This document shows, piece by piece, positions 14,701 to 34,406 of a stretch of 64,000 nt of DNA; the stretch's first letter is position 1, and every line of letters begins with the position of its first letter. The stretch lies in the NCBI RefSeq assembly GCF_009914755.1, contig NC_060925.1; one strand, given 5' to 3'. This DNA is from the human T2T-CHM13v2.0 reference genome, Homo sapiens. The notes under the pieces are model-generated. The model ran no database searches. It had not been told where the DNA came from and saw nothing but the letters and a program-made list of their open reading frames with translations. Made by a program: the position numbers and the translations under genes.

Positions 14701-15014
14701 TTTAATTTTTATTTATTTTTATTTTATTTTGAAGCAGGGTCTCACTCTGTCGCCCAGGCTGGAGTGCAGTGGTGTGATCTTGGCTCACTGCAACCTCCAC
14801 CTCCTGGGTTCAAGTGATTCTCCTGTCTCAGCCTCCTGAGTAGCTGGGACTACAGGCACCCACCACTATGCCCGGCTAACTTTTTTGTATTTTTAGGAGA
14901 GATGAGGTTTCACCATGTTGATCTGGCTGGTCTCGAACTTCTGACCTCAGGTGATCCACTTGCCTCGGCCTCCCCAAGTGCTGGGATTACAGGCATGAGC
15001 CACTGCTTCCGGCC
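14701..15014 (-). mobile_element. AluSx-like, tail-to-tail with the preceding Alu
   Basis: Full reverse-strand Alu. Confidence 0.92.
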
Positions 15015-16614
15015 TGCCTTTGCTTTTAAATGCAAGCTTATAACGAAGTACGAGCCAAAAATGCTTCATTTAAAATCATTTGACAGCCACAGATTATTAC
15101 TTTAAACCTGCTGGAGTGACCAGTTCTCAGGACTGGAAGTTGTAGAAATGACCAAGTAAGGAGGATGGTTTTGTGTACATGTAGCTCATCACTGAAATCA
15201 ACACAGAGTTTCCCTATGTTTAATGTCAGGTCACCTACACATGTGCATGTGGTAAATATATACATCATTATATTGAGCACTACCAGGAACAGAAACATCT
15301 AATTTCTTTTTGGTGGAAAATACAGAAAATTCTTTCACAAAAACAGAGAAAAGAAAAAGAAAAAACATACAATTTTGGGTTTCCTATGAATTTCTGAGTA
15401 GAAAAACAACATCTAAGGTTACTATTTTAAAATCAAATTAGATAACTTTTTATGACAGGAAACTATCCGAACAATGACACCTTACTTCCTGTAAACTATG
15501 AGTAAATTCCACACATTCCCATGTTTACATAACCACAGCCCAGGGCTACAATTCCCACATCTTAGTCACATAAATATGTGTTTCGTTTATCATTAGAAAA
15601 TAAACATGCTTTATATTCTGAGGTCTAACTTAATGGTTTGAACAATATGTAAAAGACTAAACAAACTAAAATATGTGAAACATTAACACTTGAGAAAGGT
15701 TTACATGGTCCCAGTTTACTTCCACTTTTACTGAGACATCACTGCTGAATAATTGAAAGGCTCTCAAAAAACTCCAATCTAATTTTGTGTTATTAATCTG
15801 AACATCTTTCCTAACAAAGTTCTTTCATCACTGGAAATATGGCAACCCTTTTCCCTTCCTAGCCTAGAAGCAGCAATGAATTGACACAAGACACAGACTG
15901 CTCTGAAATCACAAACGTGTTTGGGATTTCTTAAGCTAAAAGGAAAAGGGAAAGGGAAAGGCTTAAAGCAGCATTGCCCAAAAGGAGTTCCCTGGAACAC
16001 CCAGAACACCAGTCCCCTGAGATAGCCATTGACACATGGCCGAGGTCTGATAATTGCCATCCATAGTTTCTCCCTCTTGGAGGGTCACAGAAGTTCACAC
16101 AGTTAAGATCATGCTTACCCTTGTTTAACTCTACATCCCCATACTTATTTGACCCCTCCTTTTTTCTAGTAACATGATTAACATTCCACAGGCACCTCGG
16201 GCATTGCTGGTTGGGTCAGTTCTGTTAAATTTATGACCTGGTATTTTGGACAATCATTGAGTCGATCCTGAGAACCAACCTGGTTTGTCAGATGTCAAGA
16301 TGTTTTGATGTTTTGTCAAGATGTTTGATCTTGCAAAGTCATGATAACCCCACACCAGCAGAAAGAACAAGTGTCAGTCTTTTTTGTCCCTCATCCAGTT
16401 TCTTTCCGGCCTGTTAGCACTTCCAAGTCCCTTTGGTAGTAAATGTTCTTTCTGAGATGCAGGGCGTCTGGTCTGACAGTGACTACCAATTTCCTCTTTG
16501 GTATCTACCTGAGGGAGTTGCCAAAACTGCCATTACAAAAAAAGGAAGGCACCCCTATTTTCCACCCACACTGCTTTCCTGTCATAGAATATGCAGATAT
16601 GCCTGATCCGTCAC

Positions 16615-16835
16615 CATACTTAAGAGCTCCATCTCTGGAGTCACACTGCCTGGGTTCAAATTCCAGGCTTCACTGCTTCACAGATGTTACACTGGGCAAA
16701 TTGCTTTGCCCCTCTGAGCCACAGTTTTTTCATCTGTAACACAGGAGAACAATAAAAGTACCCACCTTTTAAAGAAAAGATTAAAAATGACAATGCTTGT
16801 GCTGGGCACCTAACAAATATTTACAGCTATTATTT
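16615..16835 (-). mobile_element. MIR
   Basis: tctggagtcacactgcctgggttcaaattcc...ctctgagccacagttttttcatctgtaa. Confidence 0.75.
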
Positions 16836-17458
16836 CTCATTCCTCTGACCCCCTTCATAGCTAATGTAGTTTTAACAGCTAGGACAGAGGACAGAGGAAA
16901 TGGAAACCATAGGGGAAGAGGAAGAAGGGTGTCTGCGGATGTTTTAGCTATATTTACACTGTGAGATGCAGAAGACAGAGAGACAAAAGCAGAGATCAGA
17001 GCTTCAAGGCCCAGAAAAGTAACAGGTGAGTCCCAGACTGAAAAAGAAAAACCTGATCTAAAAGAACAGGCCTCCATTTATGAGACCCTGCCTAGCGCTT
17101 CGATATTCATCATGCCAAAAGCTTGGGTTCAAGCCCCATGGGATGTATGTGGCTTCTTTCTATTCAACAGCCCCCATATGTCACCTTAACAAAGGTACGG
17201 AGCTGGTGGGTTAACACAAATTCAGTCACCATCACTGGGGCCACATTCCCCCGATTCCCTGACACACCTCCCCAACTATGGGAGGGCAAACAGAGCTGAG
17301 TCCCTTGATCTATTTGGTAGAAGAAGTGGATGCTCAATAAATATTTGTTGAATAAATAAGTGTCTGAATGAAAGACAATCAGGTAAGTACATGAATAACT
17401 GAGGGTGAATAGCAGAGTGATTATTAGTTTTCAAGCAATTTCTATTTATCTTTTAGGA

Positions 17459-17783
17459 CAAGGATGGGCAAACTTTTTCTGTAAAGAGCCACATAGTGAA
17501 TATTTTAAGCTTTGTGGTTCCTATGATCTCTGTTGCAATTACCCAACTCTGCACTGTAGTTTGAAAGCAGACATAGACAATATGTCAATGAATGGACACA
17601 GTTGTGTTTCATTAAAAGTTTACATACGTACACAGAAATCTGAAGTTTGCATAATTTTCATGTCATAAATTCTTCTTTTTTTTCCCTACCCGTTTAAGAA
17701 TGTAAAAATCTTTTGGCTCACAAGTCATATAAAAACAGGTGACAGGCAGAGGTGACCCTTGAGCTATAGTTTGCGGGATCCTG
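17459..17783. mobile_element. MER58B-like hAT-Charlie DNA transposon
   Basis: gggcaaactttttctgtaaagagccacatagtgaatatttt...catagacaatatg...tatagtttgcgggatcctg. Confidence 0.8.
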
Positions 17784-17800
17784 TTTTAGAAAATAAGTAA

Positions 17801-18107
<307 letters not shown>

Positions 18108-18595
18108 TGATAAATAGATGAGGAGGTAGGGAGACAACAAAATATTTATTGAGCATCTACTGTGTGCCAAGGACCGTGCTAAGTGCTGCTGAGAATGTAG
18201 CAGGGAAGACAAACAGGCCGAGTCCCTTCCCTTAGGAAGCACATGTTTTAAACAGGAGAACCTGATAGCAAACAAGATAATTGCAGACTGGGTACTTGGT
18301 ATAGAGGAAACAAACAGGATAATGAAATTGACCAGGGGAGGTCATTTTAGAGAGGCAAGAGGCTCAGTGCTTTCTCACACGTGACCATGTTTAACCCGCT
18401 GAACACCCTGTGGGGTATCATCCCCATCTTAGAGATGGGAAAGTGATGTCTGAAACCTCGCAAATGGTCACTAAAGAAGCCAGGCCGCAAACCTAGGGCC
18501 GGTCTGCGAGTGCTGTGCTCTGTGGGTGGTTGGAAAGGGGATTAGCTAGATAAGGGGTCAGGAGTCCCAGGTCCAAATCCTCACTCCATGCTTCA

Positions 18596-19462
<867 letters not shown>

Positions 19463-20289
19463 GTTGGGGCCCCGCTCTGCACTGATAATCAGAATTGTGG
19501 GCTCATGGCTATCTTGAGAGAGAAATATCAGGGAAGACAGCTTTCCACAGGCATTCAAAGGACACAGTATTTAATTACCAAACAAGTGACCGTGACACGT
19601 ATACAAATACCTTAGGACAATATGTTGTTTCCTGAAATTCTTAGGAGGAAAAAAACATCATATGACTATAAGCTGAAATTTTTAAATTAATGCAGTTATT
19701 TACCCATGATCAAGATGATACTTGTGGGCAAGAAGTGGAAGAAAAAAGAAAATATTAATAGATAAAGAATGTAATCACATCCTGAGAGTGATGAAAAATT
19801 AGAAAAAAAATTAAAAAATTAAAAATTTTTTTAAAAAAGAATATAATCATTTAGCAAATAGCATAAGATATGAGACTTAGGGAGATCTAAGAGAAAACAC
19901 AAAGACATTGAATATTAATAGTAGTCCAAAGAGCTTTTGCTGAAAAATAATTGAGCATGAAAATGATACAACTACCCGACAGGTATTTATCTACAATACC
20001 AGCAATGCTGAATGTGAAACACTGTAGAAATGTCCAGAGACTCAAGGTTTTCTGTCCTTTCAAAGTGCATCACCAGTCAGAGTCCCCACAGAGAAGTAGA
20101 TGGCATATTCAACTCTGCATAATTCCAAGAGGATTTAGTAAAGATGCTATTTGTAAATACAGATACGGTACAGAAAACCCCAAGGAAAAGTGCAGGTTCC
20201 TGGGGCTAGCAAGCAGTGCTGTCTACTCCAAGGCCTTAAGGATGCAAGAAAGGAGTGGTCATGGGGACCCTGACATGCATGTAGAGAGG

Positions 20290-20495
20290 ACATGCTGAGA
20301 GAACCAGTGGCCTTCTACTTGAGGACACAGCCAAGCTCTCCACCTCCCCTCTACCTGCTGGGGTTCCCCACTGGCCAAACCCAACCGGAAGCCAGAGGAT
20401 CCTTTGATGTGGTTCATAAGGGCCAGACTCCCCCAGGAGAGGGCAGGGTGGAGAAGTGTGGAGAGGGGAAACAGAGGGACAAAAGGAAGATTTCC
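20290..20495 (-). mobile_element. LTR16/LTR33-like ERVL LTR fragment
   Basis: ccactggccaaacccaaccggaagccagagg motif. Confidence 0.45.
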
Positions 20496-20551
20496 AGTCT
20501 TTCCAGATCCAGTTATTGGACCTGTCTGAGATACATAAATGGAAAAAAAAA

Positions 20552-20764
20552 AAAACAGAGAAAGAATGCTTTTCTGGTGTGCTGGAAATCTTCTGTTTGT
20601 GTGTGTGTAAGTGTGTGTATCTATCTATATATATGTGTGTGTGTGTGTGTATGTATATATGTGTGTGTGTATCTGTGTGTGTGTGTGTGTGCGTGCGTGT
20701 GTGTATATGTATATATACAAAACAGAGAAAGAATGCCTTTCTGGTGTGCTGGAAATCTTCTGTT

Positions 20765-20830
<66 letters not shown>
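20552..20830. repeat. Duplicated ~47-bp unit (period ~167 bp) with a compound (TG)/(TA)/(GA) microsatellite
   Basis: aaaacagagaaagaatgc(t/c)tttctggtgtgctggaaatcttctgtttgtgtg at 20552 and 20719. Confidence 0.9.
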
Positions 20831-20834
<4 letters not shown>

Positions 20835-21105
20835 TATGGAGTCTTGCTCTGTCACCAAGGCTGGAGTTCAGTGGCACGATCTTGGCTCATTGCAACCTCT
20901 GTCTCCCGGGTTCAAGTGATTCTCTTGAACAAGTAGCTGGGATTACAGACTCCCACCATGAAGTCCAGTTTATTTTTGTATTTTTAGTAGAGACGGGGGT
21001 TTCACCATGTTGGTTGGGCTCGTCTTGAACTCCTGACCTCAAGTGATCCCCCCACCTCAACCTCCCAAAGTGCTAGGATTACAGGCGTGAGCCACCGAGC
21101 CTGGC
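20831..21105 (-). mobile_element. AluS
   Basis: Reverse Alu whose tail has decayed to microsatellite. Confidence 0.88.
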
Positions 21106-21141
21106 CTCCATATTTTAAAAACAGAAAATTCCCTTGACCTT

Positions 21142-21822
21142 TGTATTGCTTCCCTGTGGCTGTAGTAAAAACTGAGTGGCTTAAAATAACATGCCTGTAA
21201 TCCCTGCAGTTCGGGAGGCCAAGGCAGGCAGATCGCTTGAGCTCAGGAGTTCGAGACCAGCCTGTGCAACATGGTGTGAAACCTCATCTCTATAAAAAAT
21301 ACAAAAATTAGCTGGGTGTGGTGGCTGGTCTCCCAGCTACTCGAGAGACTGAGATGAGTTGGATTGCTTGGGACCAGGAGGTCAAGGCTGCAGTGAGCCG
21401 TGATCACACCCCTGCACTTCAACCTGGGTGACAGAGCAAGACCCTGACTCAAAAAAAAGAAAAAACAAACAAACAAACAAAAAACAGATGTTTATTCTTT
21501 CCTACTTCTAGAGACCAGAAGTCCCAAGTCCCAAATCCAGGTATTAGTATATACTCTTGGGCTCTTCCAGCTCCTGGTGGCTGTTGGTGCTCCTTGGCTT
21601 GTGACTACATCACTCCAATCGCTGCCTCTGTGGTCACATCACTTCCTTCCCTCCTTCGTGTCTTCTCTTCTGCTGTCTCAAATCTCCCTCTGCCAAGGAC
21701 ATTTGTCATTGGATTTAGGGCCCATTGGATAATCCAGGATAATCTCCTCATCTCAAGATTCTTAATTGAATTGTATCTGCAAAGACTCTTTTTCCAAATA
21801 AGGTAACATTCATAGGTTCAGA
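21142..21822 (-). mobile_element. MLT1B/C-like LTR, interrupted by an AluJ (21191-21485, +)
   Basis: gagtggcttaaaataaca...tttattct...ggacatttgtcattggatttagggccc...ataatccaggataatctc...aaggtaacattcatagg. Confidence 0.8.
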
Positions 21823-21849
21823 TAATTCCTGAATTATCTTTATGTGGCT

Positions 21850-22660
21850 ATAAGAAGTCATAGACTGCCAATTAATAAATGTAAAAGTGATGAAAGAATT
21901 GGAAAACCACAAGTCTGCAGCCACCACTGAAAACTGACTCAGCCCAGGATCATTTAAAATGCTGAAACCATTGGATGAAAGGTCACTGGAGAAAAGGATA
22001 TTCACACACAAACTATCACCCAACATATTACTTATTAATTAGAAAAGGGATAGGTACCTTTACAATGAAAAAGTCTAGTGAAAGCTACCTAAACCAAATG
22101 ATCAGGCCTCGTGCTGACATCATCGGATGTGATTCACTGAGAAGAACCCAACATCAACAAAAACGTATAATCTGGATCTACTTATGAGGAAACAGCAAAG
22201 CCAAATCAACAGACATTCTGCAGAATAACTGAGCTGGACTCTTCAAAAATAGCAGTATTAAGATATTCCCAAAACAGTGCAGGGAAGGCATTAAGATTAA
22301 AGCCATGATAACTGGATGCAATGCCTGATTTTCAACTGGATCCTGGAATCAAAAAAAAAAAAAAGAGCTATGAAGAGCAAATATAGACTGTATGTTCGGT
22401 AACGGTATAATACCAAGGTTAAATTTCATTATGTAATAATTATATTATGGTTATGTAGGAAAATATTCCTATTCTTCACAGTTACTTAAATGCAAAGGCC
22501 ACAGTGACTGCATCTTACTTTCAAATGGTTTAGAAAGGGGGTTGGGAGGAAGAGCCAGTGTTAATACAGCAAAATGTTAACTGGTGAACCTAGATAAAAA
22601 CAATACAGGTGTTCATTGTACCTTTATTTCAACTTCTCTCTAGATTTAAAGTTTTCAAAA
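21850..22660 (+). mobile_element. Old L1M (MC/ME) 3' fragment
   Basis: gacattctgcagaataactg...actggatcctggaatc...ttatggttatgtagga...gtgttcattgtac. Confidence 0.65.
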
Positions 22661-22934
22661 CAAGTTGAGGTGGGAATAGAGTTACAGCATATGAATATTA
22701 TTTCTTTATAAGGAAGCTTCTCATTGGCTTCAAAAACACACACTACTTTACTCAAATTCCTTTTCTGCATTACCTGCACTGCCATCTCCCACCTGCCAAA
22801 GCCACCCCATACCCCCACCCCAACTATCTTTTCCACCCCATGCAACAGACCAATCAAGCTGGATGCCCAGCTAGGTCTGCCAGTAAATTTCTCAAAAACA
22901 TCTTCATACTGCCAACCATCTCAGTCACACAAAC

Positions 22935-23112
22935 CATTGATTCTCAACCTCAGCTGAGCCTCAGAATCAGCTGGGGAGCTTTTTACAAATGCAGACACCC
23001 CAGAGCCAACCACAAAGATCCTGACTCACTTAATCTGGGGTAGAGCCTGTGCACCTGTATTCTATTTTTTAAAGCTCTGAAGTCTGATGAACAATCATGA
23101 ATGTGAACCCCT
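22935..23112. mobile_element. MER5-like DNA transposon
   Basis: ttctcaacct...agaatcagctggggagcttttt...ctgactcacttaatctggggtagagcc. Confidence 0.6.
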
Positions 23113-23175
23113 GGAACAAACCTTTCCATGTGAGTTTCTGTTCATTTGTCTATTTCCTCTGGTTAAGAATTATCA

Positions 23176-23503
<328 letters not shown>

Positions 23504-23644
23504 CTAAAATTTTTAAACATTTCAGTAGGTGCTTACCACACTTGATTACCTATAATCTATACAAATTTAACTTGGATGTAAATCTTGATGTAATGAGGCA
23601 ACAAAAATAAGTCAGATACGTATTTTATAAAAGGAATACCAGTT

Positions 23645-23936
23645 GGCCAGGCGTGGTGGCTCACACCTGTAATCCCAGAACTTTGGGAGACCAAGGTGGG
23701 TGGATCACTAGACATTAGGAGTTTGAGAGCAGCCTGACCAACATGGTGAAACCCAGTCTCTACTAAAAATACAAAAATTAGCCAGGCATGGTGGCAGGCA
23801 CCTGTAATCCCAGCTACTCAGGAGGCTGAGGCAGGAGAATTGCTTTAACCTGGGAGGCAGAGATTGCAGTGAGCCAAGGTTGCACCACTGCACTCCAACC
23901 TCGGCCACAGAGTGAGACTCCATCTCAAAAAAAAAA
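23645..23936 (+). mobile_element. AluS
   Basis: TSD aaaaggaataccagt. Confidence 0.93.
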
Positions 23937-23971
23937 GGAATACCAGTCATTTACAGAAGTCAATTATATGA

Positions 23972-24433
<462 letters not shown>

Positions 24434-24703
24434 TGAGGTCCAGTGTCTGAGAGTGCAAAGTACCTGTCTATGGCCTGACAACTGCTCTAAACCATGATAT
24501 CCTTATCTTAAAAATGGGGATAATAAAATCTATCTTTGGCTATAATCAAAATCACAAATAACAAGTGTTAGGGAGAATGTGAAGAAACTGGAGCTCTCAC
24601 ACTGCTGATGGAATGTAAAATGGTGCATTTGCTTTGGAAAAGTTTGGCAGTTTCTCAAAAGAGGAAACAAAATTCTCATGTCGCCTAGGAATTCCTCTCC
24701 TAA

Positions 24704-25084
<381 letters not shown>

Positions 25085-25185
25085 GCAGCATCATTCTTAT
25101 TCATATTGGGCAAATACTGGAAACAACCCAAATGAGAAATAGATAAACAAATTGTACTACATTTAATTCATGCAATGGAATACTA

Positions 25186-25664
<479 letters not shown>

Positions 25665-25960
25665 AAGAAGCCAGTCACAAAAGACCACATATTATATGAA
25701 ATGTCCAGGAGAGACAAATCTGGAGACAGAAAGTACATTAGTGGTTGCCTAGGACTGGACGAGTTGAGAAGATGTGGGGAGTGACTGGTAATAGGCACGA
25801 GGTTTCTTTGTGGAGCAATAAGAATGCCCTAAAATTGATTCTGGTGATGGTTGCACAATTCTGTGACTATATTTAAAACCACCGAATTTACACTTTAAGT
25901 GGGTGAATTACATTTATGTGAATCATATCTCAATAAAACTATTCTTTAAAACAATAAACC

Positions 25961-26257
<297 letters not shown>

Positions 26258-26269
26258 CTATCTTTCATC

Positions 26270-26595
<326 letters not shown>

Positions 26596-26744
26596 TTAGA
26601 AGTACCTCTCAGTATCATTTGTGCCTTTCCAAAATACAGCCATCTGGTCCCCACTCCATACCCAATGAATGAGAATCTCCAGGGTTAATACCTGGGCAGA
26701 TGTCCTTTATAAAAGTTCCAGAGTGACTTGCTATGTCATTACTA

Positions 26745-27677
<933 letters not shown>

Positions 27678-28479
27678 TCTAGGCTCTGTAGTATCGTCTG
27701 CAAAATTTTACTAGCACTTATCTCTGGAACTGTACTTATGTATCTCTCTCCCTCACAAAGCATATGAGCTCCTGGAGGGAGAGGGTTTTGTCTGATTTTT
27801 CTCTGTATTACAATGCCTGGTGCATAAGTCATGTCCCATCACTGTTAGTCTGCATGTGTAGATATATGAGTGCAAGAATGGTAAACACCATTCACCATAT
27901 TTCTGACACTGTTTTGTAACCCAGATATGGCTAGCTTACCTGTAAAATAATCCTGTATGCAGCTGGAATTGTAACCCAACTAATTCAACCATTTTGGAAA
28001 TGTGAAATAATTCTAGAGAGTAGTCTAATTGGAAATGACAATGAGGCATAAAGATGTGAAGTGGTTTCATGCATAGGATACTTTTTAACATGCAAACCAA
28101 ACCTCTTTGTAGCTTTTTGTTTCTATCATTCACTAGTCTAATAATATTTGGCTTAGGCTACTATCTTTATTTAATTCAACTGTACATTAAGTTCAGTATT
28201 CTTCAGTAACTCCCTTTTCTGAGGTATTGACATTAACATTTTGTTACTAGTTCTGCAATATTTAAGCTCCATATATCAGTAATATAAGGATCCAAAAATA
28301 AGATAGGCTAGAAAAAAAAGACTCAGTTTTTCCTAGGCAGGCTTCAAGCCTATTTGCAAAATAAGTATGGTACATATATACATGTATATATATGGCCAAT
28401 AATTTATCCAATAATCCAAATTTTTGTTAGCTGCCTGTATCTATCATATACTGTGGAATCAATGTATTCAATGACCAGG

Positions 28480-28980
28480 TGAGGTAGTTTACAAAAACCA
28501 CCACAAGTTCTCCCTTCCACATCCCTGCAATGTGATGTTGCAGTTCTTCCCATCAGAAAGTTGAGTCTATTTCCTGCCCCTGCATTTTAGTTGGCCATGT
28601 GACTTGTGAAGCAAATGTACGCAAGCAGTGGCTTTAATTCACCTGTGCTCTGGGTTTACTCTCCTGCTTGCATTTGTATCCCTAAGACCACCATGTGAAT
28701 AAGCCCGTGCTAGCCTGCTAGAGGAGTGGAAACATGGAGGAGCACCAAGGCTCTTAGCCAGTGGCCACACATAAGGGAAGCCTTCCTGGATCACCTGGCC
28801 ACCATCTAACCCATTGGTTGGCTCCAGACATGGGGACAAGCCCAGAAGACATCAGCTACCCAGCTGAGCTGCCCAGACTAGAATCATCTGACCATAAAAT
28901 CACAAGCTAAATATATGATTGTTTAAAGCCATGAAATTTTAGTGGTAGGGGGAATTGTTACTAGCAAAAACTAACTGATT
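28480..28980 (+). mobile_element. MLT1-family solo LTR
   Basis: gcagttcttcccatcag...gagtctatttcc...cccagctgagc...gtttaaagccatgaaatttt...gcaaaaactaactgat. Confidence 0.75.
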
Positions 28981-28981
28981 T

Positions 28982-30240
<1,259 letters not shown>

Positions 30241-30723
30241 TAATTAAAAATAAAAGGAACTGCAGAATATTTTACTGGGGAGAATAAAAAGAAGACTACT
30301 CACCTTGCTTACTCAGTATCACTCACAATATGACCCCTGCCTACCTTTCTATGGGTGTTTCTGAAGATTGCTCTTCATATAATCTATCCTCCAGCCAAAC
30401 TGGGTTTCTCAGATTGCTTTGCATTTTTCTGCTTCCCTCCCCTCCTACCTTTCTCAGATGTGCCCTCTGCCTGGAATATTGCCTTCCAGAAATTAGTACC
30501 CTCCCAACTCAGTACACGTGTCTATCAAAACACTAACAGCCCCACCCATCTCACAGGATCCTCTGAATCTTTCTCTCTATTCAGTGACTATGGCTTTGTG
30601 CTGCCTTCAAGGCATTACTATTTCATTCTATGCCAAAAATACTCATCCAAAGGCCAATCCTACACACAAGTTCTGGGGGGTCTCTAAACACGCTAAAATC
30701 ATTGCAAAATCATGTGAGCCCAA

Positions 30724-30767
30724 GCGCACACACACACGTGTGTGTGTGTGTGTGTGTGTGTACACAC
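30724..30767. repeat. (CA)n-CG-(TG)n inverted microsatellite
   Basis: gcgcacacacacacgtgtgtgtg...tacacac. Confidence 0.9.
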
Positions 30768-31819
30768 TATGTGCATTTTTTGGGGGAAAGAGGACACATA
30801 TGTTTCCCCAGATTTTCAAATCTTCCACGACCCTAAAAAAGTAATTTAATTCTCATTTGGTCATTTTGTCCTTCCTGCTTCACAGTAACCTCCAGGATTT
30901 GTCCAGATCAGTGCCTCCTTAGTGCCTGGAAAAGAGCCTGGCACAAAACAGGCATTAGGTTGTTGAGTTCAACTGGATAGAGTCAACACACATGTTGGTG
31001 TTTACCAAGAAGAGAGGGGAAAGTTTTAAAAACAAAGAAGGAAAAGAAAACCCTTCATTCTTTCAAATTAAAGATTGTATCACAACCCAAACAAGAACAA
31101 AAGTGAAAGTGAAATTACTGTATTTTTTTTTAAAGCTTTCAGCCCAGCCTACTGGCAAGGCTAAGATTGTGGACCAGGAGGGATCTTTTGCAGTCCTCAG
31201 TCTGCCTCTGACTCCCTGGGATCTTGGGTAATAAGTATCTCAAACTCGCTATACCTCATTTCCTATTTATGCAACATGGAAAATAATTCTTGCCCCTTAT
31301 CTACCAAGTAAGGAGACTGTAAGGAAAACAGATGACACACAAAATGCTTTTTGAACTCTTCATTAGGCAGAGTCTTTACAAATCTTTTCGTCAGAGAGTC
31401 TGTGGTTACAAAGGCCCACTCGGCTCTAGTGGTTGTTTTGATGTCCTGCCTTCTTTCAGGTCTAAAATACTTCCAAATGTGCTCAAATTTAGCATTGACA
31501 TAAGAAAATCTTGGGCTGGAATGCTCTCTGACCACATGCTGGAGCAGCATTTCTCAACAATTTTTAACTCATATTCCCATTTGATAAGCATTAAAAATCT
31601 CACTCCTTTTTAAAATTTTGTTTTATGAAAACAAAGGTTGGTTTTTTTCCCCTTTTCAGAGTATATAATTCTATAATAAATACTGCTTGGCAAAAAAATT
31701 GGGAATGAACTGTTGATTTGCAACAGCATGAACAAATCTCAAATGCATTATGCCATGTGAAAGAAGCCAGACCAAAGAGAAGAGCACATGGTGTATGATT
31801 CCACTCATATAAAATTCTA

Positions 31820-32210
<391 letters not shown>

Positions 32211-32509
32211 TCATTCTTGAGCCCCCAAGACTTAGCACAGTAAGCAAGCTCTGACTGTCAGTACCCGCCTTCCACATAGGCCATTTCCTGCCCTAAGATC
32301 TGTTCTGTTCTCTCCTGGGAATGACCTTTTCCTGCTTCTGTTTCTTCTTCATTCCAGATGCAGCTCAGGAATCTTCTCCATCAGCCTTCCCTGAATCTCT
32401 GCTCAAGCCTGTGCTCCACAGCTCCTGAGCATGTTTCTAGCTGCCACTCACCACTTTGTACTGATTTTATCTGTTGAAGCTTCTAGCCTTCCTCATGAGA
32501 TAGTAAACA

Positions 32510-32870
32510 GAAAGGGGTTCTTAACCTTTTTTTGTGCCTCCTAAAGCCTTCTCAAAATATGGTAAAATAGACATAGGCATATGCAGAAAACTAATTATGA
32601 AATACAGTTATCAAACTATTCAAACATTTATTGGCTGTCATACCATATGTGCCTTGTTATTGATCTAGTGGTAAATCAAATGACTACCATTATTTCAAAG
32701 TAGTGATATGTATAAATGGGAATAGCTGTCACTCCTGTGGCTTGTCATTACCACTGATAACTGAAGGAAATACTGTATTGCAGTTAGAGGGTGATAAAAC
32801 TGTAATCTTTTCCTATAAAAGTTCACAGGGCCCCTGAATTCCACCCAAGGACAAGGAGCCACAGGGCCCT
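32510..32870. mobile_element. hAT-Charlie MER (MER119-like) fragment
   Basis: aggggttcttaacctttttttgtgcc terminus and gttcacagggcccctg. Confidence 0.45.
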
Positions 32871-33562
32871 AGAAAGGTTTTTAGAGGGGCTGTGTCCTCT
32901 TTATCTTTGGGTTCTCAATGCCCTCAGCACACAGCAGGGAACTTAATATCTCAGCTACAAAACAAGGTAAGAACAATAACAATATTAAGTATAAATTCAA
33001 AAAACTAAGATAGTTTTTCCTGCTAATACTTGTTACTATTACTACTAGTATGCTTACACCAAAGTGTGTCCTGGAAAATGGTTTACCGACTGCCAAAGAC
33101 CTTGAAAATACATTTACCTGGAACCATAGCATTCCCTGGCCACCTCATAACATTCTTCAGTTCTTCAAAGTATTAGCATAAAACCATGGAAAGAAATATA
33201 TAAAGATCAGGGGGATTTAGAGGAGGAAGTCAATTCCCTTAATGTGACCTCACCATGTACAATGTGACCTTCAAATGGAGCATGTAGCTCTCTAAATCCT
33301 TGAGAAATGGATGAAATTCCCTTTGCTCAGTCTTTTTCTTCTCATTGCAGTGGTGAATAACGCAAGATGTCTCATGCTAACCACGGCCCTCTCTTGATAT
33401 TACTAAATACTTCCTTTCTTCTCTATTTGTTGTTGCAGTTATTGTTGAGAGCATTTCATAACAGTGTGAAAACAATGAAATGAGTTCAAGTAAACTGAAG
33501 TAACAATGAAGCACCTACAGAGAAAAAAAAGTCCTGTTCACAGTGAGCTTTCACATGACCTT

Positions 33563-33881
<319 letters not shown>

Positions 33882-34105
33882 TGAACCACCCACTCCTGGG
33901 TCCGGGTGGTGTGTGCGAGCCCAGGTCTGTCTCCATTCTGCCGGCAGTATGGAAAAGGCTACTCCTCTGCCTACTACATCACACCCATTTCCTTGGTATT
34001 TGAGGTGAATTGGTTCCTTCCAGCATAATTCTAAAGAACTAAGGTGAGAAAAAAAAATACCGTAAAATCTTTTTTACTCCTACCCAAGAAATTCGGGAGC
34101 CACTC

Positions 34106-34406
<301 letters not shown>

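Noticed and set aside
20236-21028. ORFs of 169-213 aa on both strands
   Set aside because: Open only because of stop-free (TG)/(TA)/(GA) microsatellites and Alu sequence.
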